Part shown: positions 38,100 to 49,600 of the stretch, one piece after another
How the letters are laid out: every line of letters starts with the position of its first letter
Position numbering within the stretch: position 1 is the first letter of the stretch
Source of the DNA: Eledone cirrhosa
Lineage: Eukaryota
Direction of reading: 5' to 3'
Assembly: GCA_964016885.1 (NCBI GenBank)
Contig: OZ024742.1
Coordinates: 97,836,001 to 97,900,000, forward strand
Length of the DNA: 64,000 nucleotides
Notes under the pieces: model-generated
Told to the model about the DNA's origin: nothing
What the model saw: the letters and a program-made list of their open reading frames with translations, nothing else
Database searches by the model: none
Made by a program: the position numbers and the translations under genes

Positions 38100-39235
38100 G
38101 GTGTGGGGGTGACGTTGGTTGATATACCACCTCAGTTTTCTTGATGCTGATTGTTTAACTAAATACATTACAGACAATCAAGAAGAGGTTCATCGAATCC
38201 CGTGCTTCTTCGAGGAATGTTACAACAACTGCATCATCATCAGCAAAAAGAAAATCATGAATAACAGATAAAATGTTTTAGCCTTAAAGTGCTGATGGTT
38301 GAATAACCCATTTGATGAATGGAATTATAATCTGACACCAGTGTTTAAGTCACCAAATGCATACTGGTCTAACAATTTGTGACACCAACAGCTTCAGAAT
38401 ATTCACCATTTGGCATAAGTGATGCCTTTCTGCCTTCATGAAAAGACATGGTAACATTCAACATGTTGTCAGATATGCCCAGCTTTTTGAGGATTTTCCA
38501 AAGATCTTTGCAATTGAAAGTGCCAAATGTATTGGTCAAGTCAACAAAGACCATAAACATTTTCTAGTTCTTTTCACAAACGTTCTCTGCAACCAGGTGA
38601 AGGGAGAAACTCAGGTCAATAGTATTCCGACCTATGTGGAAACGATATTGGTTTTCAGGGTAGATATCATCAATAAGTCTGGATGTAATTCTGTTGAGAA
38701 TGACAGAGGCAAGTAACTTACCAGCAATACAGAGAGGGAGATGACTAAAAATTTGTCAAGGTATTTTTACATTTTTCTTGATGGTATTGATTATAAATGT
38801 ATTTCTGAAGTCTTAAGGGACATGTTCGACTTTTCAGATTTCCAGAAACAACTGAAGAAGTGTATGAAGCAACCTCTGACCACCATATTTGAAAATGTCA
38901 GGTGGGATGCCATCTTTATCACAAGTTTTATTGAATGACAGTTTCTTCATAGCTGGTTGTACTTCATTCAAGCTTGGGTTGAATGCTAATTCAGGTATCA
39001 TCGACCTTTGTCGAATAGATATTTCATTTTCTATGTTTGACTCAGCATTTAGGACCTTTTCAAAATGTTTCCTCCATTGAGAGAGTATATCTGATTTGTC
39101 TGTGTATAGGTTTGTACTATCACAGGAGAGAACCAGATTTGATCCACCGCCTTCAATACACCAGACAATACACCACCTGCAGATCATTATAAAAGGCCCT
39201 TGAGTACTTTTTATCAGCATTGTCTTGTAGGCCCA
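38100..39235 (-). pseudogene. RTE-clade LINE RT remnant
   Basis: PSLNEVQPAMKKLSFNK..DGIPPDIFKYGG; FVDLTNTF..LWKILKKLG; HDFLFADD. Confidence 0.88.
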
Positions 39236-39503
39236 CTGTTTTAGCTTAATTTTAAATTTTTAACTTTTAGTTTTTAATTCTTATTAATTCTTTTTAATTG
39301 TAATACTCAACAGTTGGTAATATGTATTTCAATAATATATCGAAACCGGTAATACTTCATATACTTTATATACATTATAAAACTCTTTTTAAAAAGAATT
39401 ATCCCTCTCATTTGTTCAATAATGTCACTTTGACGAATCAAAGAAAGGAAAACAAAGAAAAAACAGACTCTAAAATTTTTTTTACGTGCTATTTCCAACC
39501 TCA

Positions 39504-39699
<196 letters not shown>

Positions 39700-39702
39700 A
39701 GC

Positions 39703-39784
39703 TTCTACAGGACTAGAACTGTTTCATTCGTGAGAAATTATCAGGAAGGCTGTGGTTACCACCGATTGGACCCGGAATAACTTA
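39703..39784. mobile_element. Short two-part inverted fragment of the same family
   Basis: Minus-strand CTGATAA..GAAACAGTTCTAGTC joined to the plus-strand terminus GTGGTTACC..AATAACTTA, between (TA)n tracts. Confidence 0.7.
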
Positions 39785-39850
39785 TATATATATATATAAA
39801 CACACGTACATATATATGTATGTATATGTATGTATATATTTATATATTTA

Positions 39851-40225
39851 TTGACCACTGCCACGTCACGATTCTTAGCCATTTTTTTAATCTATTTCTG
39901 GCGGGATCGCTTTGGAAAATTAACTGTCCTATTGAGTTTGTCTCCTGATGAGTTCGATACTCGAGATTTATCCTGAATAGGACATCTCATAATACAAACG
40001 AACCATTGTAAGAATGTACGTATTTCTTCTAACTTTAAATTTATACCTAATTGTGTATGGTTGACGGTATATTTGGTCAGTTTCTACATGCTGTTGAAAT
40101 GTTGGGTAAATACTCATTGCGGTCAGCCGCGAAAAGGCTGCTTTCGGTTATTTATCAAATATTTCTTCATAGGAGCCTTTATTCTTATAGCCTGGTCTAA
40201 TTGATTTTTTATATGGTTAATTATG
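39851..40225 (+). mobile_element. Second copy of the 1.8-2.6 kb family
   Basis: TTGACCACT.CCACGTCAC..TTCTTAGCCATTTT and TTTATACCTAATTGTGT..GGTTGACG are shared with 2105-2500. Confidence 0.75.
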
Positions 40226-40260
40226 CTAATTATATATAAACACGCACATATATATGTATG

Positions 40261-40368
<108 letters not shown>

Positions 40369-40371
40369 ATA

Positions 40372-40907
40372 ATAATAAAGTTTGAATTCCTCCGTGTAAA
40401 AAAATACATATAGGGAAACAAGTATTATCCAACCGTATGCCAAAATCTATTTTAAAACTTGTTCTCTATATTTTAGACCTTGATTTTATATGTTCTGGCT
40501 TGTTAATTTATTAACCCGCCATAGAACAACATTGGCATACGGTTGGATAATACCCTAAGGTAGAGATAAAATGTTGGCCGTTTGTACTGCTGCTATTTCT
40601 AGTGGCAGGACATTGACCTGTTCACCCTGCCCTTTGTCTTTGCACACGGCACCAGACAGAATTATTTAATTCATCATACGCTCTCATTTGGGAATGGTTT
40701 TGTATGGCGTCAGTTTGTGATTTAAACTCGGGAATTTTATATTCTCCGAGGGAGAAGAGCCTTCTGAAGATTGCTCCCTTCTCAATGAAAAATCTGCTTG
40801 GATTTTCCGTTTGTTCTGGAGCATGAAACCGCGGTAAAGGCACATATAGTAAGTACAGCGAATTTTTTTTAAATATCTGTTAACTCTTTTTCTCTATTTG
40901 CTAGACC

Positions 40908-40916
<9 letters not shown>
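40372..40916 (+). mobile_element. pLTR-like element with HHR, partial tandem redundancy and inverted tail, between (TA)n tracts
   Basis: 22-bp inverted repeat 40422-40443 / 40532-40553; direct repeat ~40461-40490 / ~40889-40918; HHR at 40759. Confidence 0.75.
40759..40841 (+). ncRNA. Type I hammerhead ribozyme with long loop II and U.U at the base of helix II
   Basis: GCCTT-CTGAAGA-T-TGCTCC-(40 nt)-GGAGCA-T-GAAA-CCGCGG-TA-AAGGC. Confidence 0.82.
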
Positions 40917-41002
<86 letters not shown>

Positions 41003-41362
41003 ATGCACGTGAAGGACGGGACGTACACAGTGGTGTCACGTTCGAGCGTTTGTCCAGTTCTCAATGCCAAAGTTTGTGCTTGTCCTTCCATGTCTTCCTT
41101 ATGTATTGCGTATCTACTTCGTCTATATTCCAGTGAGTCGAGCCTCCCCAATAGCTCATTTCTTTCAGTTCTCTTGGTATAGCTTTGTTGGATTGCTTCA
41201 AGTTCTGTGGTTATTTTGACAATGTAGGGTCACTGAAGCAGAGTGAAATATTCCACTCAGCTGGGGACAAATGTCCGCCAGAACAGCATGTTTCCTTATC
41301 TCTTGTCCTGGGGTCCCTTAGAATCCAACAAGCCAATCGATTGCACATTATCAATATATTAG

Positions 41363-41552
41363 TGGTGGATTGGCAGTATCGGTAGAGGGTCTGACGCTAT
41401 GCTTTGCAGCAAAGAGTTACGGCCCTTTATGGTCTGAGTTCAAATCCCGCCGAGGTTAACTTTGCCTTTCATCCTTACAGGGTCGATAAAATAAAGTACC
41501 AGTAATACACTGGGTAATTGGTGGCCTTGTGCCTAACGTAGAAACAATTATC
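41363..41552 (+). mobile_element. tRNA-derived SINE, same family
   Basis: Nearly identical to 7836-8020. Confidence 0.9.
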
Positions 41553-41964
41553 AATATATTGGTGATATGTGCATGAAACAATGCATTATTGCGCATATCA
41601 ATAACCTGGTACTTTTTAATTTCAACTCAGTGACTTCTTTTCCTCGTGGTCCAGTGTAACTTTGTTGTAGTGGGCTTGGGTTTGCTGTTTGATATACATA
41701 CATTTCAGACGAGCCACGGATGTGATTCTCACCGGTTGTTGTTTATTTTTGAAACCAGCAGTAAGGTGTTGTCATGACTTGTACACAACTAAAGATTCAT
41801 CTCGAACGTATTATGTCGCGGGTTTCTATGTCTGAATACCCAATCTATCACCAACAACTTAATATAGTATTATGTGCATTTATCATGTAAGAAAACAAGG
41901 CTAGAGAGTTGTCCAGCCTATGAAATAACTGAAGAGTTTTCTTGCTTAATTATTGGCATATTGT

Positions 41965-42240
41965 CTACAGCTGGATGCCTTTCTCATTACCAACCTCTTT
42001 AAAGTTTGTAACTGGTGCATGGTTTGTAGCAACAACTCTAGAGAGGATGCCGTACTATAACTGGGGATCTCTCAACACGTTTTGCCATGATTTCTACAGC
42101 TGGATGCCTTTCCCATCACCAACCACTTTAAAGTTTTAACTGGTGCACGGTTTGTAGCAAGAGCTCTAGAGAGGATGCCGTACCACAACTGGGGGATCTC
42201 TCAACACATTTTGCGCTGGAAGCCTTTCATAATACCAACC
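41965..42240 (+). repeat. 128-bp tandem duplication of a dispersed repeat (CTACAGCTGGATGCCTTTC..ACCAACC), plus a partial third unit
   Basis: Units start at 41965 and 42093. Related sequence at ~32195-32300 and, inverted, ~36490-36575. Confidence 0.8.
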
Positions 42241-43740
42241 AACTTCTAAAATTTACTTTAGGCGTATTATGGTGCTATACGTATATATGTTCCAACACAT
42301 GTTAGTATGGAAAAAATGAACATAAATTCTGAATTCCATTCAGAAGGCATTGGTCAACCCACGACAAGACGGGAAAACACTTGTCTAAAGTTCCATGCAG
42401 TGAGAGTGAACCTGAAACTACATGGCTGCAAATTGAATTCTTTAATCACACAACCAAATTCCGGTTCATGTCACAGGCGTATTTTCTTTGTTGTTGTATA
42501 ATACGTAACGTATAAGAAATAATGAAAATGTGCTAAATATAGACTGAAAGTTTGCCACCCCACAATCATCTTCAATTCACATAACCCTATGATTGACCTT
42601 CAAATCAGTTAGATTATACAACTTATTCATAACGTCCATTGAACCATTTAATCAGGTCAAGAGTTTCAGTTAATGGCTCACCAGAAAAACATTTCTCCCA
42701 CCTCTTACCTCGAAGTGCTAAGGAACCTCTTGTTTCACCCAAATATAAAAAGCTGGGCAATATAAAAGTCATTTCTTTGATCCTCAAGTACAAGGAATTT
42801 ATATGTAAGCGCATCCACCTTGGCAAACAGATCAGGTATGATCCAATATCTAGGAAATATATTGGCAGACTTGCTTCAATTTACACGAGTTTTAATTACA
42901 ACCCACTCTAACTACAATAGTCATTGCTTATCTGATGTAATACATTTTCCCAGAGCTGTTGCCATGTTTCTGGTAGAATTAATGGGGGTCTTTTATAATG
43001 AAAGGGTTAATATAATTTGAAATTCAACTGTTGCAAATGTTTGTCTTTGAGCAGTACCGAGATGAAAACATGCTTTCACCTCACTTATTAAGTGAGTTTA
43101 GATTGGTGATAAAGTTTTATTAGTCAACTTCTGAAGGAGACGATTCATATGTATCAAGAACGTGACGGAGCGATCCAGATGAGAATTCAATACGTTAATA
43201 TAGGAATTAAGCACCTACCAATATACTCTATAGAAATAAAATAAATACACAAAGGGGAAGGTGAGAGATACAGAGAGAAAGTGATAGAAAAGTGTGTAAA
43301 GGAAAAGGGAAATAATGAAGTATATATATATAGAAAGATAGAAATGTGGAGGAAGAGACACAGGTAGAGAGGGAGAAGGAGAAAGAGAGTGACAGAGGGA
43401 CAAACAGTGAGGGAAAAGGAACGAGAGAGAAAGACACTCAACGTCAGTGCCATGTCTTTAAATATACAAACAAATGACAGTAGAAAGAGATAAAAGCAGA
43501 TGGAGAAAGAAAGAAACAGAGAGAGGGAAGAAAGACTTTCAACTTCAGTGTTGTGTCGTTAATTTTATGGTGGAGCTTAACTATAATTACTAAGTAAGTA
43601 ACCGTATGCCATATACTGATAGTCACTATCTTCAAGCAACCAATAATCTACTAACAAGAGCAAGTGGTAGCTGCAAGATAAGGTGGAATTCATAATAGTA
43701 AATATTTCATTTCAAAACCTATATATGAGAAAAAAAATAG

Positions 43741-43791
<51 letters not shown>

Positions 43792-44015
43792 CGGTAAACA
43801 TGTAAAAAAAAAATAGATGAAGCAGAAAATATAGCTCATACTTTAATCCTTTTTACTTGTTTCAGTTATTAGACAGCGGCCATGTTGGGGCACTATCTTA
43901 AAAGTTATTTTAATTGACCATATCGACTACAGTACATTTGTTCCCAAGTCTCGTCCTTATCTTAGGATTTCCTTTCGTCAAACCTTCAAGTTATGGGTCA
44001 TAGGTACAAACATGG

Positions 44016-44062
<47 letters not shown>

Positions 44063-44190
44063 CAAAATTAAGATAAATCAAAATGAATTTAATCTAAATC
44101 AAAATTATGGGTGTCATGCCAGAAAGGCATGCGCCATATCACTCATAATTTTGATTTAGATTAAATTCACTTTGATTTATCTTAATTTTG
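44063..44190. repeat. 51-bp inverted repeat (44063-44113 / 44140-44190) starting at (TA)n, with inner hairpin CATGCC-agaaa-GGCATG
   Basis: Direct reverse-complement match. Confidence 0.85.
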
Positions 44191-44631
44191 GATATAGATA
44201 TATAAATACGGTTCCTTAATTGTAGAGCTAACTCTGTTGAAAGGACTTGACTGCTGTTTCTAGTTGTCGATAACCCTATTCACGCCACTGGGACGAAGCT
44301 GGTATGATGTGTGTATTTTTAGTAGATACAGCACGTGTTACTGGCCAGTCGCTGATTTGAACTTAATGCGTAAACACAGATGACTGAACTTCTTCCTTGT
44401 TGAAAATCCAAGTATCGGCCTCCGTGGTTTACCATTCGATTAATTGGTGAAATATATTTCTTTAATGGAATATATACAGGGAAGATTAATTATATTATAA
44501 GGTATCTAATTTTGAAGTTCTAGTTAACTTTATTTAGTTACCTACCTAGCTATGTGTGCTTACACACTTATAAAAATTATCCCCTGTGATTGTTTCATAT
44601 GTTTATTTATATGTTAATCAATTTCTAGTTG

Positions 44632-44677
<46 letters not shown>

Positions 44678-44773
44678 GATGGCTGCCTTCTCGCGATCGA
44701 GTATGGCCATTGCACGATAAAGTAAAAAATAAAAAATACACACACGGACACACAGACCCCCCCCACACACACA

Positions 44774-44836
<63 letters not shown>

Positions 44837-44855
44837 TTATATATTTATATAATAA

Positions 44856-45050
44856 TTAACGGTGCTGCAATCGAATATGGCTTTTTAGCTCAGCCAATGA
44901 TCTAAAATGTTTTGCACAGAGTTGGCGATGGTTAGTCTCCGTGTACTTTTGCATGTCGTTTGAGCCCTGTTGCTGATCTACACTCTTTTCCATATGCTTG
45001 ACAGGTATGATGAGTAACATCTCCGACAGCAGCCAGGTAGTCAACCACTG
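44856..45050 (-). pseudogene. LINE C-terminal C2H2 finger remnant
   Basis: CAKHFRSLAELKSHIRLQH resembles the finger at 57.2 kb. Confidence 0.5.
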
Positions 45051-45104
45051 GTCTCAATATACATACATGATTTAAGGGGTGTGTGTGCATTTTCGTACGT
45101 CATA

Positions 45105-45212
45105 TCCCGCCGAGGTTGACTTTGCCTTTCATCCTTACGGGGGTCGATAAAATAAAGTACCAGTAATGCACTATGTAATTGCTGGCCTCGTGCCTAAAGT
45201 AGAAAAAATTAT
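45105..45212 (+). mobile_element. 5'-truncated SINE, same family
   Basis: TCCCGCCGAGGTTGACTTTGCCTTTCATCC..GCTGGCCTCGTGCCTAAAGTAGAAA. Confidence 0.85.
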
Positions 45213-46652
45213 GTCACATTACGTAACCTTCCAACAACAGAAAAGTCGAAACCCCACTCTGGCATGGTGTAAAATCTGTCACCATCTCCCCTTCCTCCTT
45301 TCTTTTTCCTTTGTCTAATAGTCCTTCCTCTATCCCTCCTTTTCCTCTCATTTAAAGCATTTATAATCCTTTCCAATACAGCTTTCTTTTTCTGTATGTT
45401 TGACTAATTTAAAATAAATACCAGATTTGTAAAGATCACTACTGGTACCCATATGATTGATTAAATCAAGTCGGTATCTCAGCATGGCCGCAGCCAAATA
45501 ACTGAATCTAATAAATCTATGAATGAATAAAAGAATAAAACTTTTACATGAAGCAGCTAAGAAAAAAGATTATATATACATCTATATAAAATCAATATGA
45601 ATAATGAATCTATATTGGTATCTTTTAGAATTTCTCTGATTTTATTTATGCTAAATAAGTCATAGAAATATTTTCTGCCGATTTCTAACAACTACACTAG
45701 ATGTAGATATCATTGTATAAGAATCATTTATATATATTATAATAATACTATGCCTATCACTAGGTCAGATTTTTAAGTTAACCTTCAAAGAATTACCAAT
45801 CTCTGATATTGATGTTATATTTATGGTGTCTGATTTTACTATCGATGTTACTAAAGATAAGGTCTGATATTAACAGTTAAAAAGATTTGATATATATAAT
45901 GTAGTCATTCAATTGGTAGAGGTTTTAGAATACTGGATAGAATGCTTTGTCGCATTCATTCTGACTCTCTGAGCTATGAGTCCAAATCCTACCGAGATCA
46001 ACTTTGCGCTTCGTCATTTTGAGGGAGGTAGACAAAAAAGTAATAGAAGCATTAGTGATGATAATGTTGGGGTTTATTCTTCGTTTATATCTCTTTCTCA
46101 CGTCATTTCTATCATTCTGTCTATCTTTGGAAGAAATTGGCTGTGCACTGACCTGGTAAGGGGATAGGTTCTGCTACGTTTGAAGTGACCAAGACATGCA
46201 GCATGTCACTACAGCACTCTTACGACTCCATTAGCAGTTATGGGTTCATATATATGTATATGTAACAAGTGAACACACACACACACACACACAAACACAC
46301 ATACACATTTATTTATGTGCGTGCGTGTATGTGTATGTATGTGTATATGTGTAATGTATAAATATAACAGACTATAAACCTGTTGTCGATATGCTTCAAA
46401 TTGTCTCTTTTAACACTTGCTATACCTGGAGGAAAAAAGCAGTGTTCATGTTCGACATGGGTATGCCGAGACATAAGAGATCAATGTTGAAATTGAGGCA
46501 GGTCTATTTCTATAGAAAATATATGAGTAGTGCTGGAGTTCCGGAAGGATAAAGAGTGGGGTAGGAAGTACTGAGTGTAGTTCCTAGTGTGGAGTCTGCG
46601 TGACTGGACACTGCATGGGTGATGAGAGGAGGAAAGTCAAGTGAGCATGGCT

Positions 46653-49600
46653 GGTGTTAGTATTGGTACTGCCGTGTTGGTGGTATTGTGTTGGTATTCT
46701 TATGTTGGTGGTATGGTGTTGGTATTACCGTGTTGGTAGTATGGTGTTGGTTTTCCCGTGTTGGTGGTATGGTGTTGGTATTGCCGTGTCGGTGTTATGG
46801 TGTTGGTATTGCCGTGTTGGTGGTATGGTGTTGGTATTGCCGTGTTGGTGGTATGGTGTTGGTATTACCGTGTTGGTGGTATGGTGTTGGTTTTTCCGTG
46901 TTGGTGATATGGTGTTGGTATTCTTACGTTGGTGGTATGGTGTTGGTATTCTTATGTTGGTGGTATGGTGTTGGTATTCTAATGTTGGTGGTATGGTGTT
47001 GGTATTCTAATGTTGGTGGTATGGTGTTGGTATTCTTATGTTGGTGGTATGGTGTTGGTATTCTAATGTTGGTGTTATGGTGTTGGTATTCTAATGTTGG
47101 TGGTATGGTGTTGGTATTCTTATGTTGGTGTTATGGTGTTGGTATTCTAATGTTGGTGGTATGGTGTTGGTATTCTAATGTTGGTGGTATGGTGTTGGTA
47201 TTCTAATGTTGGTGTTATGGTGTTGGTATTCTTATGTTGGTGGTATGGTGTTGGTATTGCCGTGTTGGTGGTAAGGTGTTGGTATTCTTATGTTGGTGGT
47301 ATGATGTTGGTATTCTAATGTTGGTGGTATGGTGTTGGTATTCTAATGTTGGTGGTATGGTGTTGGTATTCTAATGTTGGTGGTATGGTGTTGGTATTCT
47401 AAATTTGGTGGTATGGTGTTGGTATTCTTATGTTGGTGGTATGGTGTTGGTATTGCCGTGTTGGTGGTATGATGTTGGTATTCTAATGTTGGTGGTATGG
47501 TGTTGGTATTCTTATGTTGGTGGTATGGTGTTGGTATTCTAATGTTGGTGGTATGGTGTTGGTATACATATGTTGGAGGTATAGTGTTGGTATTGACGTG
47601 TTGGAGGTAAGGGGTTGGTATTACTGTGTTAGTGGTATGGTGTTCGTATTGCCGTGTTGGTGGTATGGTGTTGGTATTACCGGGTTGGTGGTATGGTGTC
47701 GGTATTGCCGTGTTGGTGGTATGGTGTTGGTATTCTCGTGTTGGTAGGTATAGTTTTAGTATTCCCATGTTGGTGGTATGGTGTTGGTATTCTCGTGTTG
47801 GTGGTATGGTGTTGGTATTCTCGTGTTGGTGGTATGGTGTTGGTATTCTCGTGTTGGTGGTAGGGTGTTGGTATTCTCGTGTTTGTAGTATGTTGTTAGT
47901 ATTCTCGTTCTGGTGGTATGGTGTTGCTATTGCCGTGTTGGTGGTATGGTGTTGGTATTTCCGTGTTGGTGGTATGGTGTTGTTATTGCCGTGTTGGTGG
48001 TATGGTGTGGTATTCCCGTGTTGGTGGTATGGTGTTGGAATTGCCGTGTTGGCGGTATGGTGTTGGTATTGTCGTGTTGGAGGCATGGTGTTGGTATTCA
48101 CGTGTTGGTGGTATGGTGTTGGTATTCTCGTGTTGGTGGTAGGGTGTTGGTATTCTCATTCTGGTGGTTTGGTGTTGGTATTGCCGTGTTGGAGGTATGG
48201 TGTTCGTATTCTCATGTTGGTATACTCGTATTGGTGGTATGGTGTTGGTATTGCCGTGTTGGTGGTATGGTGTTGGTATTGCCGTGTTGGTGGTATGGTG
48301 TTGGTATTGCCGTGTTGGTGGTATGGTGTTGGTATTGCCGTGTTGGTGGGTATGGTGTTGGTATTGCCGTGTTGGTATTACCGTGTTGGTGGTATGGTGT
48401 TGGTATTGCCGTTTTGATGGTATGGTGATGGTATTGCCGTGTTGGTGGTATGGTGTTGGTATACTCGTCTTGGTGGTATGGTGTTCGTATTGCCCTGTTG
48501 GTGGTATGGTGTTCGTATTGCCGTGTTGGTGGTATGGTGTTAGTAATCTCATGCTGGTAGTATTGTGTTAGGTTTTGCCGTGCTGGTAGTATGGTGTTGG
48601 TACTGCCGTGTTGGTGTTATGGTGTTGGTATTCTCGTGTAGGTGGTATGGTGCTGGTATTACCATGCTGGTGGTATGGTGTTTGTATTGTCGTGCTGGTT
48701 GTATGGTGTTGGTACTCCGTGTTGGTTGTATGGTGTTGACATTCTAGAGTTGGTGGTATGGTGTTTGTATTCTCGTGTTGGTGGTATGGAATTAGTATTG
48801 CCGTGTTGGTGGTATGGTGTTGGTATTCTCATGTTGGTGGTATGGTATTACCGTGTTGGTGGTATTTTGTTGGTATTGTCGTGTTGCTGGTATGTTGTTA
48901 ATATTCTCAAGCTGGTTGTATGATGTTGGTATTCCGTGTTGGTGGTATGGTGTTGGTATTCAATTGTTGGTGGTATGGTGTTGGTATTACCGTGTTGGTG
49001 GTATTTTGTTGGTATTGTCGTGTTGGTGGTATATGTTGGTATTGCGGTGTTGGTGGTATGGTGTTGGTATTCTCGTGTTGGTGGTATGGTGTTGGTATTA
49101 CTGCGTTGGTCGTATGGTTTTGGTATTCTCGTGTTGGTGGTATGGAATTGATATTGCTGTGTTGGTGGTATGGTGTTAGGATTCTCCCTCCTGCTGGTGG
49201 TATGGTGTTAGTATTCTCCTGCTGGTGGTATGGTGTTAATATTCTCCTGCTGGTCGTATGGTGTTAGTATTCTCCTGCTGGTGGTATGTTGTTGGCATTG
49301 TCGGGCTGGTGGTATGGTGTTGGTACTGCCGTGTTGGTGGTATGGTGTTTGTATTCTCGTGTTGGTGGTATGGTGTTGTTATTGCCGTGTTGGTAATGCC
49401 GTGTTGGTGGTATGGTGTTGGCATTCTCATGTTGGTGGGATGGTTTTGGTATTCTTGTTTTGGTGGTATGGTGTTGGTATTGTCGTGTTGGTGGTATTGT
49501 GTTGGTATTGCCGTCTTGGTAGTATGGTATTAGTATTCTCATGCAGGTGGTATGGTTTTGGCATTGCCGTGCTGGTGGTATGGTGATGGTATTTTCATGT

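Noticed and set aside
42620-43130. Possible exon or RT remnant on the minus strand
   Set aside because: Stops in all frames after the apparent acceptor, and the motifs are too eroded to call.
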